A stretch of DNA of 64,000 nucleotides. It comes from Hypanus sabinus (lineage: Eukaryota). Location: contig NC_082710.1 in NCBI RefSeq assembly GCF_030144855.1, positions 171,926,001-171,990,000 of the forward strand. Direction: 5' to 3'. Under the pieces are notes generated by a model. That model ran no database searches. It saw only the letters and a list, made by a program, of their open reading frames with translations, and was not told the origin of the DNA. Positions 38,556-49,892 of the stretch are shown one piece after another. Both the position numbers and the translations under genes were made by a program. Within the stretch, counting starts at the first letter, position 1. The number at the start of each line of letters is the position of its first letter.

Positions 38556-39950
38556 CATAGAATACTACAGCAGTAAGCATGCCCTTTGGCCTATCTCTTC
38601 CGTGCAGAACCATTTAAGCCGCCTAGTCACATCGACCTGCATCCGGACCATTGCCATCAATACCTCTACTATCCACGTACCTGTTCAAAGTGCTCTTAAA
38701 CGTTGAAATCAAGCTCGCATGCGCCACCTACATTGGCAACACGTTTCAGACTCTCACGACATCTGCGTGAAGAAGTTTCCCCTCGTGTACCAGTTAACCC
38801 TTAACCAACGACCTCTTATTGTAGTCCCACTCACCCTCAGTGTAAAACGCCTACTTGCATTTATCCTATCCATATCTCTCATTATCTTGTACACAGCTAT
38901 CTAAACCCTACAATCTTCTAGGTTCCGAAAAATAAATTCCTAACCTATTCAATCTTTCCTTATAGTTCAGGTCCTCCAGTCCCGGCAATATCCTATGAAA
39001 TTTTCCCCTGTACTTTTTCTATCTTATTTACACCTCTCCTAAGTGCACACAATACTCCAAATGAGGCCTCATCAACATCTAGTACAATTTCAATATAACA
39101 TCCCATCTCCTGTACTTTGATTTATGAAGGCAAACGTGACAAAAGCTTTCTTTACGACCCTATCTTTCTGTGATGCCAATGTCATTACTTTATAGGCCCG
39201 TATTCCCTGATCCCTTTGTTCGACCGAACGCTTTCACAGTTTAAGACCTGCACTGGTTGGCCCTACCGAAGTACAACGCCTCACACTTGTCTCCATTAAA
39301 TTCCATCTGCCATATTTAAGCCCATACTTCCAGATGGTCCGAATCCTATTGCAAGCACTGAAAGTCTTCTGAGCTGTCCACGATACCCCCAATCTTGGTG
39401 TCACCCGTAAACTTGCTGATCCAGTTAACCACATTATCATCCAGATCATTGATATAGATGAAAAACAACAGTGGACCTAACACTGATCCCTGTGACTCCC
39501 CTCGTGACAGGCCTCCAGTGAGAGAAGCAATCATTTACTACCACTCTGTGGCTTCTCCCACAAAGACAAGGTCTAATTCAATTTACCAACTCCAAGCGCC
39601 TGAGCCTTTCCAAACTCCCATGTGGAATCTTTCCAAGTGCCTTGCGGAAGTCCATGTCAGCATCATCGACTTGTCTTGCCTTCATTAACTTTTCTCGTTA
39701 CGTCCTCGGGAAAAACTATAAGATTGGTTAGGCACGACTTACCACAGACAACGCCATGCTGACCATCACTAATCAGTCCCCCTCTCTATCCAAATACACA
39801 TATCCGTTCCTCTAGAATACCTTCCAATAACGTTTATTACTGATGTTAGGCTCAAAGCCCTACTTTATTTCTTGATTCATTGTTAAAGCCTGACTTAGGC
39901 AGCTGAACAACAAAGGTACCCTCCTATCGTCCGGTACCTCGCCTGTCGCT
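38556..39950 (-). mobile_element. CR1 LINE inserted in the intron just upstream of V1
   Basis: ORF 39346 (SQGSVLGPLLFFIYINDLDDNVVNWISKF) plus a CR1 tail near 38556. Confidence 0.85.
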
Positions 39951-40374
39951 AATAGTCACAATTTCAACGCCATAATACACTGCGCCTAGTTAAGTACGAA
40001 TGGGGATAAAAGACTGCGTTTTCCCAGCCGGGTTACTGTGACAGTACAAAAGAAATAGGCGTTACTCTTTCAACTGGTGCATATATCTGACCTGTGGGAA
40101 GGACATATTACGCGATATAAAAACTCCAAGATGCTTAATTTATTTAGGATTAATTACAAGATTTTCTTTAATTGGGCAGTAGCGGTTGCAATAACACAAT
40201 TAGCTAAACTCCCATCTTCGTAACTTTTCACCGAGTTGTCTAGACTACTACTGAACAGTGCATAGGTTTTTACACTGGATTTCAACTTGTTCTCCAGGAA
40301 TCAACAGTAACAAAACTTTCCATGGGGTGGTTATTGTAAAGCGGCCTGTTGATACGTCCTGTTTGTGATTTAGG

Positions 40375-40600
40375 TATAATCATCATACGTACATTGAAAC
40401 ATACAGAGAACTACGTCATTCGAGTTAACAGCTAACACATACCAGGACGTCCTGGGGATAGCCCATAAGTTTCGCCACACATTCCAGCGCCAAAGGCATG
40501 TGCGCCATGCTGAGGCGAACAACACAAAACAGAACAAACAGAATATGACAAGCGATAAAGCAACAGCAGCAACTCCTGGATTCGCAGCCTCGGGCTTCGA
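40375..40600 (-). mobile_element. LINE-type 3'UTR repeat, same family as 51915-52170
   Basis: Shares ggcgc.ggaatgtgtggcga.actt...ctgtatgtttc.atgtac with the 52 kb copy. Confidence 0.6.
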
Positions 40601-40937
40601 TTTCTCAAGGCAACATGTTCCTTTGATCTGTTTAATGTAAAGCAACACCGGGCGATTTTTCCTGGCATCTCCTCGCAAGCACATGTTCCAACATGTAAAG
40701 GACAATGCTGACTTGTTAACATACGGTGCGAAACAAAAACGGACTAAAAGTTTGTAATTTCACTATTACCCTGTTACTATTTGGTGCTAAGGAAGTATAC
40801 CTATTTAGCTTCTGTGTTGCTTAGTCAAATCACACCATGCTTGCTGTCTGTACATCAGGGAGAATCTGTAGCCGCGTGAATCTGATGTGCTTTGCTGTGA
40901 ACATATTTATTTCTTATTGGCAACTTTCGAAACAAAC

Positions 40938-40998
40938 TTGCAAGTAAAAGCAGAGGCAGATTGGCCAATCCAAACAACATCTTATATCCCAGCAACAT
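40938..40998 (-). CDS. Candidate leader (signal peptide) exon for the V1/V2-TM1 gene
   Basis: ATG-initiated MLLGYKMLFGLANLPLLLLA with a phase-1 donor A|gtttgt. It splices in frame to either V exon, but the donor is weak. Confidence 0.3.
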
Positions 40999-41202
40999 GA
41001 ATTATCTGAAGGTTGGAGAAGTTAATTCGAAGTCCCGTATCCTTGCATTGTCTCTGCCCACCCCACACCCCCCACCCCATCGCATCCGACCGTTTTAGTA
41101 GAAAGAGTTAAAATCCGAAATGAAGTTACTGAATTTATTACTAGCCAGTCGCTTCTGAACTGACTCGGGAGAAGGAGTATGTGCATATCCTTTTTTTAGT
41201 AA

Positions 41203-42791
41203 CATAGAAAGATAGAAAACCTACGGCACAATACAGGCCCTTCGGCCTACAAAGCTGTGCCGAACAAGTACTTACTCAGAATTTTTTACTTAAGGTTACA
41301 CATAGCCCTCTATTTTTCTAAGTTCCATGTACCTGCCCGGGAGTGTCTTAAAGGACCATAAAGTATCCGCTTCCACCACCGTCGCCGGCTGCCCATTCCA
41401 CGCACTCACCACTCTCTGTGTACAAAACATACTCCTGACAACTCCTCTGCACGTATTTCCAAGCAGCTTAAAACTGTGCCCTTTCGTGTTAAAAAAGCCT
41501 GGAAAAAAGCCTCTGACTATCCACACGATAAATGCTTCTCAACATCTTCTACACCTCTATCAGATCACATCTCATCTTCCATCTTTCCAAGGTGAAAAGG
41601 CCAAGTTCACTCAACCTATTCTTGTAAGGCATGCTCCCCAATCCAGTCAACATCCTTGAAACTCTCCTCTGTATGCTTTCTATGGTTTCCACGTCTTTCT
41701 TGCAGTGAAGTGACCAGAAATGAGCACAGTACTCCAAGTGGGGCCTGACCAGGGTTCTATATAGCGGTAACATTATCGCTCGGCTCTTAAACTCAATCTC
41801 ACGGTTGATGAGGGAAAATTGACCGTATGCCTTCTTAACAATAGTGTAAAGCTGCACAGCAGCTTTGAGTGTCCTATGGATTCGGACCCCAAGATCCTTC
41901 TGATCCTTCACACTGCTAGAGTCTTATCATTAATACTGTATTCTGCCATCGTATTTGACCTACCAAAATCAACCACCTCAACTTATCTGGGTTGAGCTCC
42001 ATCTCCCACTTTTCAGCCCAGTTTTGCAACTTATCGATGTCCCGCTGTAACTTCTGAAAGCCCTCCACACTATCCACAGCATCCCAACCTTTGTGTAATC
42101 AAGAAATTTACTAACCCTTCCCCCCACTTCCCCATCTAGGTCATTCATAAAAATCACGAAAAGAAGGGGTCCCAGAACAGAACCCCGAGGCACACCACTG
42201 GTCACCGACCTTCATGCTAAATATGACTCGTCTACACCACTGTTTGCCTTCTGTGAGCAAGCCAATTCTGAATACTCAAAGCAATATACCCTTGGATCCC
42301 ATGCTTCCTTACTTTTTTAAATAATCCTTGCATGGTGTATCCTATCAAATGCTTTGCTCAAATCCATATTCTCTATATCTACGGCTCTACCATCATCAAT
42401 GTGTTTAGTCACATCCTCAAAAAATTCAATCAGGCTCGTAAGACACCAACTGCCTTTGACAAAGCCATGCTGACTATTCGTAATCATATTATGCTTCTCC
42501 AAATATATAAATCCTGTCTCTCGGGATCTTTTCCATCAACCGACCAACCGCTGAAGTAAGACCCGCTGGTATATAATTTCTCGGCTATCTTTTCTCCCTT
42601 TGTTGAATAAGGGAACAACATCTGTAACCCTCCAATCCTCCGAAACCTCTCCCGTCCCCATTGATGATGCATAGATCATTGCCAGAGGTTCAGCGATCTC
42701 CCTCCTCGCCTCTCACAGTTGCCTGGGGACTTACTGCGGACTGAAAAGCTTGAGCATGTAAATATTACTAAAGAGGATGTGCAGAGGCTTG
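41203..42791 (-). mobile_element. CR1 LINE with an inverted 5' segment (42731-42791)
   Basis: ORFs 41296, 41549, 41978 and 42317 are CR1 RT/C-terminus; the last 61 nt are plus-strand CR1 sequence. Confidence 0.9.
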
Positions 42792-42844
42792 ATGCCACTG
42801 TTAAAATAGGTATCATTTTTTAACACGTAACGTCACTGTTCGAT

Positions 42845-42846
<2 letters not shown>

Positions 42847-42914
<68 letters not shown>
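42847..42914. repeat. (GT)34 microsatellite
   Basis: Perfect dinucleotide run. Confidence 0.99.
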
Positions 42915-42917
<3 letters not shown>

Positions 42918-42989
42918 ATCTTGTATAAATATTCCTATTTTTATATTCGCTTGTTTACTTGGAGATTCAAGGCGGAACAGGCCGTTCTG

Positions 42990-43110
42990 GCCCAACGAGC
43001 CGCGACGCTCAGCAGCTTACCTATTCAACGCTGGCCTAGTCGCAAGTCGATTTACAATGACCATCTAACCTACTAACCGATATGTGTTTGGAATGTTGGA
43101 AGAGTCTCGG
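42990..43110 (-). mobile_element. V-SINE 3' fragment
   Basis: gatttacaatgaccatctaacctactaaccg is the reverse complement of the V-SINE central block. Confidence 0.55.
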
Positions 43111-43319
43111 TGACTGCATTACTTACTGTTGAACAACAGCACTGACAAAACGATCGTATTCCACAGCATGGTTTGCGGCCACCTGTAAATCAAGACGGAA
43201 GATCATCACTTGGCCACACATTAATGTAGTTTATTAGATAATATGATTTTGTTGGTGAAGATTACCAATCTTCTTTGTAACTCCACACACATTAAAGCAC
43301 TTTATCTTATTACATAGAA

Positions 43320-43515
43320 TTTTATAGGCGGTGGGTGGTCGTATGAGTAGCTAGTTTGTACCAAAAGCCCTGAAAAGTATTGATAATGGTTGGGGTTCCT
43401 CGTCTTGAAAAGACAGTGCACAGAAGAAGGCAGTGGCAAGCCTCCTCTGTAGAATTTGCTAACAACAATTATGGCCATAGACCAAGATCACCCACGTCAT
43501 TCAACACAGCACATA
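43320..43515 (+). mobile_element. Retroposon 3'-end fragment (possibly RTE-related)
   Basis: gcagtggcaagcctcctctgtagaatttgc...atcacccacgtcat...cacataatgctgct with a (tga/tgc)n-like tail; the clade assignment is from memory. Confidence 0.35.
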
Positions 43516-44329
43516 ATGCTGCTAATGGTAGTTGTTAAAAGTCCCTCCGTCCCATTCCTTTTAAACGGAAAAATTACAATTTATTGATTCCTTATTTCAT
43601 GAAAAATCTCGTCGTTACCGTAAAATCAGAATTTATTCAGCCCAAATATATAGGTCCGTATTTGTATATGGACCCGTATATTTGGACACAATAAATCAGG
43701 CCCAAGTAGGTCCATGGACAAACCACAATATGCAGTACATAAGGTGCATATACAAATCTGCCACCTAGCCACTGACATCTGGACTGGTGAGTTAAACGCA
43801 GTGAATTGAAGGCAGAGAGAAAAAAAAACAAGGCTAACCCAATAATATAGATGCACTTGAGGCTGGTCAAAAAGATATGGTATTTTTAGAAATCTTCTGG
43901 AAGTGTGCGAATTCCATAAAATAGCCCAGGGAAGTATAGGTGAATGGGAAATTCAGATCTTTGGACAGAATAATTTATTGTTCATCCCTAATTGCACATT
44001 GAGTTCAATACATCACTGCAGAAGAAATTACTAGTTAACCACAATGCTGCCAGGGTGCGGTCACACTAAGAGGAAAGCACTTGATGATACTCAAATAATT
44101 ATATAAAATAACAGTACTTTTTAAATGCTAATTTTTATTTTCATTCGCCAAATTTTAGATTGCTTGGATTTGAATTAACAAAGAAAAGAAACTTACACCT
44201 AACTTCACCAATATAATACCAAAATAGCCCCACGCCACTCATGTTACTGCGCCAACTTGTACAGACGAGGACATCTTTTCTCTGGCAGGCTGGTGAGTGG
44301 CAGAGGTTCTGCACTCAGTTCAGATTCAG

Positions 44330-44545
44330 ATTATTGAAGTTGTCCAAGTTGGTTTAGGAGCCTGAAGTTTGAAGGGTAATAACTGTTCCTTAGGAGCTTT
44401 ATGTGCTGTTGGTCCTAAGGCTCCGGTACATCCTTTCTGATTGCAACAGGGCATTACCTGGATGATGGGGCCCCTTAATGACAAATGCTGCTTTCTTCTG
44501 ACAGTGCTCCTTGTTGATGTGCTCAATAGTGGGAAGGGCTTTCAC
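44330..44545 (-). mobile_element. Rex/Babar LINE 3' fragment
   Basis: The reverse frame gives LPTIEHINKEHCQKKAAFVIKGPHHPGNAL. Confidence 0.7.
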
Positions 44546-44934
44546 TGTACCACCGGTTTGAGGAGAGTAATTACCTCTCCATAAGAGATGTTATCAATTA
44601 GTCTAACTCTATGGCTCCGATAGCTTCCTTGATCCCTTTGCATTTACTCTATTTAATGTCCTTATAATTTATATGGCTAATGTAAATAGCCTTTAAGTAT
44701 CTTCTGTTAATAGGAGAGGGGGCAATGTTTCCTCATAGCTGTCTATTTCCAATTGAGCAGAAAAGTTATTAAGCGCTTCTCATTATTCTCAGTTTTATCA
44801 TATCGTTTCCCGTGCTGTGTTGAAGTGAGTGCTCCTGCAGTTCAATCTCTCCCTTAGATGAGGTTTTACTTCCTTCATCAGCAATCTTCATTCAGGACAG
44901 CCGACCAGTCACATTGTATCGAATCACAAAGAGG

Positions 44935-45095
44935 CGAAAATCTGCAGATGCTGGAAATCCAAGCAAACCAGGCAGTCGAGGTTTCGGACCGAGACGCTTT
45001 TCCAGTCCTGATATAGCGTCTCAAACTGAAACATTGACTCTGCCGTTTTCCATAGATGCTGCCTGGTCTGCTGAGTTTCTCCAGCAGTTTGAGTG
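44935..45095. mobile_element. Inverted pair of Penelope-like termini (degenerate)
   Basis: atctgcagatgctggaaatccaagc...tttcggaccgagac faces ccagtcctgat...gatgctgcctggtctgctgagt. Confidence 0.55.
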
Positions 45096-46624
45096 CATGA
45101 ATTATATTGAAGACAGTTTTAGCCTAAATACTTCGCCTTTGTATGCCATACCTCATCTTATCAAGAAAACAACCCTGTATTCCTTTTAAACCATTGCTTG
45201 GCCTGTTTTGGTACACTTAACGAGTTGTGGTTACATATATTCCCTTGTCACACGGCGCCCATCTACCTCTCTGGTGTTTATTCCATTTGCCATTTCCTTC
45301 TGAAACCATCAATTTCCTCCTGGATCCAGAGACTACTTTATTCTTCAACTGAGCATCCAAGTTTGTAGGGAAACGGTCTACAAAGTGACCAGTTCCCTAC
45401 GCTAGGATCTAAACCACTACAAAAGAAAACCCGAGAAAACGGTTGTTGATTCCTATGGCACCTCACTGACAACAGGCGACCAGTCACAAATACACCCAAC
45501 AACTCGTACTCTTTGCTTCCTAACAATCCAGCCCAAATTTCCAAAGCTCCCTTAGATGTGGCTTTTCTTCCTTCATCAACAAACTTCTTTCGGGACTTCC
45601 CCAAGAACCTTGATAAAACCACGTAGAAAACGTCAAATACGCTGGCCATCGATCCTTCTTGTTACTTCCAAATGGAAACAGTACAATCAGGCTAGTCCGT
45701 CAAGTCCTTGGATGAGGAAGTCCATGCTGGCTGACCAGGTAGAGATTTGTCCCATTTATAACTTTAGTTTTAACTGTTTCATGCACGTCTGTCCACTTTC
45801 AGACTACAATGGTTTAGCTCACAATTCCTCTTTTTTAACGATAAAAAGAAGTGGCTTCCACTTCTCTACAATGTTTTCACTATGTGTCAACAAGACTTGC
45901 AGCTACAAAGGTAGTTTAGCGATATTGATCATATTGCAGTTAAATGAAGCAGTGCCCTCCCCCCCCCCCCCACTTACTTCAAGAGACATACTTTAGCAAT
46001 CTTCGCTGCACCCTCTTTGGGATAGAAAGGTAAAATTACTTCTAAACGTAGAAGGTAGAAGTCCAATCATAAGCATAGCACAGCAGCAGTTTCTTGTTGA
46101 AACCAAAGGGAGGGTTTGAAAATGACATTCCTGCCTGTGGTATGGAATGTGGAACAATATTACTTGTCGTCTTCGTATCTACTTCGCATTTACTTCAGGT
46201 CGTCTGCAACTAAAGGTCTTCTGATGCTTCTTCCTCCCATCCTTATTGCGATTAGTTAAGAGTGCTCTTAATCTACCGATAGCAAGTTAGACATCCACTT
46301 CGTTACTACGTGACAATTAGCATAGCAGCAAGCTGCGGTTGGAAGTTAATGCTAATAAGTTCAAATTTAGCGAAATGAAATGCGCCGTGGACTACAGACT
46401 CAATCATTGGATTGGTCAGATTGAAAGATAACCCGTTTGTTTGACGTAACTGAGAGATTTATACGTATGTAATGACCTCTGTTAACTCTTGCAACTCTAA
46501 ACAAAAAGAAAACAGCTAGTGGAGGCGTAGCTGTTAAATGCCTGCATCAGGGACTAATTCGGCATTAGACATCGTAGGCTCATGTTCAAGTATCACAGGG
46601 GGCATCCTCCTTTAAAATAGTAGT

Positions 46625-47170
46625 ACACGGCTGCAGTTAGATGAGCTGCAACCTCACAACAAACCGGGTTCAATTCTCACATCTTGTGCTCTCTGAGTTT
46701 TTCTATAGAGCCATACAGTACAGCACAAAGTATTTCAACTGCCTCGTCACATCGGCCTGCAGTTGGACTATAGCCTACCACATCTTTTCCGTCCATGTAC
46801 CTATCCACACTTCTCTCAAACATTGAAACCGAGCTCGCACGGACCACTTGTGCCAGCAGCTTGTTCCACGGTCTTACGACCCTCTGGGTGAAAAAGGTTC
46901 CCCCCACCCATGTTCCCCTTCAACATTTCATTTCCGTGTGGCCATACCAGTTTTCCCCGGTTGGTCCGGTTTCCACCTCCAGCACAAAGGGCCTGGTAAA
47001 TTGATAGATTAATTGGCTGCTCTAAATTACACCTAATGTGCGGGTACGTGAAGGAGGCTTATTAGAATGTTAGAATGTTTTTTTTTAAATGATTAGCGCA
47101 AATGGTGTTTGATGGTTTGTGCGGATTCAGTGCCCGAAGGTTCTATTTATGTGCTGTGTGGCGTTCAAAC
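46625..47170 (+). mobile_element. V-SINE interrupted by a minus-strand CR1 3' fragment (about 46700-46940)
   Basis: SINE head ccgggttcaattc, then a CR1 block (ORF 46677 FFTQRVVRPWNKL), then the SINE body resumes (ccggtttcc...gattaattggctgc). Confidence 0.6.
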
Positions 47171-47484
47171 TCTGTGTTCGGATTTACGTATTCACTGTGG
47201 TCATGTGGGAGAGGGCTCGTCTTATTTTACGAATTGTCGAACTAGAGTGAGCAGACGGTGGGGAGAGGAGAGGATGTTAAGAGTCTGTACATGATGACAA
47301 GGGAGATTAAAACTAAGTATGCGTAAGCAAAATAATATAGTTATTGAAGAGCTCAAAATAGAGGTCATAAATATTCACCTACCAAATGCGTGCAGAATTG
47401 AGCAGTACTTTTCTTGCCTGAAGGAAAAAAACAATATGATATGATTCAGTGAGCACGTAGTGTGGTTGGGTCAGCTAGCATAGA

Positions 47485-47740
47485 AACCACGGTAGCGTAG
47501 CTGTTAGTTCGACGCTATTGCAGCTCGGGCCGTCGGTGTTCGGAATTCAATTCGGCATTCCTGTAAGAATGTATGTAGTTCCTTCTCGTTATTCCGAAGG
47601 ATTCCTAAGCGTGCTCCGGTTTCCTCTCACAGTCCAAAAACGTACAGTTAATCCCCTGTGATTAGGCTATAGTTAAAAATAGTTGGGTTGTTGGGGCGGT
47701 GCGCCATGTGATTCACTTTGTATCTCTTAAAAAAAGGCCA
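47485..47740 (+). mobile_element. V-SINE/HE1-type SINE
   Basis: acggtagcgtagctgttag...gttcggaattcaattc...gtgctccggtttcctctcacagtccaaaaacgtac. Confidence 0.8.
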
Positions 47741-47924
47741 ATGTGCTAAACGTGAATGCTAATATGGCAAATTCAGCGGAGTAGGAGGCGCTAATTGTGA
47801 CGCACAAACGCCGGAATGGATCAGATGGGTTAAATAAGGTTACTTTGCACTAAAGTATTTATTTTAATTTTTTTCCACATCTGAACAAATTTCATCAAAC
47901 GCAACCCTTTTCAATGAATAAACT

Positions 47925-48230
47925 GGTGCTGGGAATCCAAACAACACACACAAAATGGTGAAAAAAAAACTTAGCAGGCCAGGTAGCATTTATGGAAAAG
48001 AGTACGGTTGACGTTGAAGGCCAAGGCCCTTCATCAGGGCTGGAAAAAAAAAGATGAGGAGTTAGAGAAGGAAAGTGAAGGGAGGGAAGGAAGAACCACT
48101 TTCTCATTTTGACTCCTTATATTTTTTTCTCCAGTCCTGATGAAGGGTTTCGGCCCGAACCGTCGACTGTACTCCTTTCCATAGATGCTGCCTGGCCTGC
48201 TGAGTTCCTCCAACATTTTGAGAGTGTTGT
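47925..48230. mobile_element. Inverted (hairpin) pair of Penelope-like termini, each with a mutated hammerhead core
   Basis: Arms of about 125 nt in inverted orientation around a GA/CT-rich spacer. The right arm at 48132-48169 reads cagtc-CTGATGA-a-ggg-tttcgg-ccc-GAAC-c-GTC-gactg. Confidence 0.7.
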
Positions 48231-48519
48231 CACTTTATTTAATGACTATAAAGCTCCCTGAGAGGTCTGTACTTGTCTAATTTTCTAGTAGCCAGATAGA
48301 GGAGCGGGGTTGAAAGGAGAGGAACCAGGTTCAGCTCAAGATAATTTATTTCGTTCTGATCAAAAGTTCCTCAGTTTTAGCTTCACTTCCTTCTGAAAAG
48401 TCATGCAATCCGTGGCGCATTTGAAGTGACGCTGTAACTTCGCGAACTTGGATTAAAAGCAAAAGAGTCCTAACGATCACCTAATGCTCTCCACAAAGTT
48501 AGCACGCCGCTGGTCTAAT

Positions 48520-49190
48520 TACTGTTACCCATGTTAAAATCCAACTTGCCTAGCAAACAGAATTGTGGCTGGTTATGTAAGCGTCATTTTTTTTTCTACC
48601 TGGTGTGGATTCCTAAATAGGAACTCACTAGAGTCTGTTGGTGTAAACATTAAGACTGAAACTGATTTTTTTTTATATATGAATACTTCTGTGGTTACTG
48701 AGCCATTGCATCAGTATACTGTCTGCAGATTTTAACACCAATGACATTAGGTGTGGTTTCCACATAAAGTCATGGGTCATGTCTGCCTCTGTCGCATGAT
48801 CACCCAGGGGCCAGGAATGCTCAGATTCCAGCACACTCTAGAGACCTGAAATGCCCTTTAAATGCTTGGACCCCCACAATGTCCAGGCCGGTGGATCACC
48901 CAGCCACAGGAACACATCAGTCCAAGAGAAGTTTGTTATGAGCTCTATGTTATAATTTGCTTGGTTACCAGTTCAATACAATATTATGGGTGAAGGTCAT
49001 TTTCCTGTGCTATACTGCTCTATGTTTTTGAGCAGAGCTATCCATGTTGCCCATGTTAAAATACTACTTGCCAAGTTGACAGAATTATGGCTGGTTCGGT
49101 AAGCGTCAATTTTTTTCCTACCTGGTGGGAATTCATAAAGAGGAGCTCACTAGAGACTGTTGGTGTAAACATTAAGAATGAAACTAGGTT
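48520..49190. repeat. Diverged tandem duplication of a roughly 140-bp unit (48520-48660 and 49040-49190)
   Basis: Both copies share cccatgttaaaat...gtaagcgtca(t)n.ctacctggtg...ctcactagag.ctgttggtgtaaacattaaga.tgaaact, roughly 80% identical. Confidence 0.9.
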
Positions 49191-49499
49191 TAATAAATAG
49201 AAACTAATCGATATTTTAGTGGAAAGTTAAGCGGGAGGATGGGGCGGTCTGTAAGAGTGGTAGAGCTAGAGACGCTCAGATAATTAGGAAATATCTGAAG
49301 AGCACTTGACACAGTAACACAGTAGATTATACACTTCATGCTTTCAACAAACGACGCTATGTACCAAACGGCCGAATTCTCAGCTTTTTCTTAATTCTGG
49401 ATCGCAGTTTATCTCTTAATCAGGGTCAGTGGACCAAAAATTTAGTCGAGTGTAACAAATTGAATATGCTGTCGAATGATTAATAAGTACTTGATAGAA

Positions 49500-49860
49500 C
49501 GTGTTTACTTCCAAAAATCGTCATCACCTCTCTCTGGATCCCCTCCTTCCTTTCATTCCATGGTTCACTCTTCTCTATAGCTTCAGACCTTTACCTCTTC
49601 CACATTTCAACCCTCCCCGCTTCTTACATCATTCCCTACCACAAATTCTCCCCGCACCTGAATTCACCGATCACTGGCAGACTGTTTCAGCGGCGCTCCC
49701 CTGCCTTCATCTTCCACTTTCTGCACCTATCTCTTCCTATACTGTTGAAGGGTTTCGGGCCGAAACGTGGACTGTTTATTTCCCACTATAGAGGCTGCTT
49801 TTGCTGACCTGTGGTGTAGTGACATCAGCACCGGATTTCGAGACAAATCTTCCCATACGC
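49500..49860 (+). mobile_element. Penelope-like 3' terminal fragment
   Basis: CT-rich UTR followed by gaagggtttcgggccgaaacgtggactg (decayed hammerhead). Confidence 0.55.
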
Positions 49861-49892
49861 ACTGTGTTGAGCGTCAAGCCAGCAACAAATGG

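Noticed and set aside
40150-40220. Possible third degenerate TM exon (KMGV*LIVLL)
   Set aside because: Only MGV.LI matches, with a stop at the Lys position, no Asn motif and no clear acceptor; likely chance.
40370-40705. ORF with a hydrophobic stretch (VAAVALSLVIFCLFCFVLFASAW)
   Set aside because: Same repeat family as the 52 kb ORF.
43626-43870. Signal-peptide-like ORFs (MHLYYWVSLVFFSLCL...)
   Set aside because: They start at GTG/TTG, not ATG, and the hydrophobicity derives from a T-rich tract.
45338-45649. 103-aa ORF containing VFYVVL and EYELL (ITIM-like)
   Set aside because: No good splice acceptor or phase-1 donor, and the motif sits in a hydrophobic context with no other receptor-tail features.
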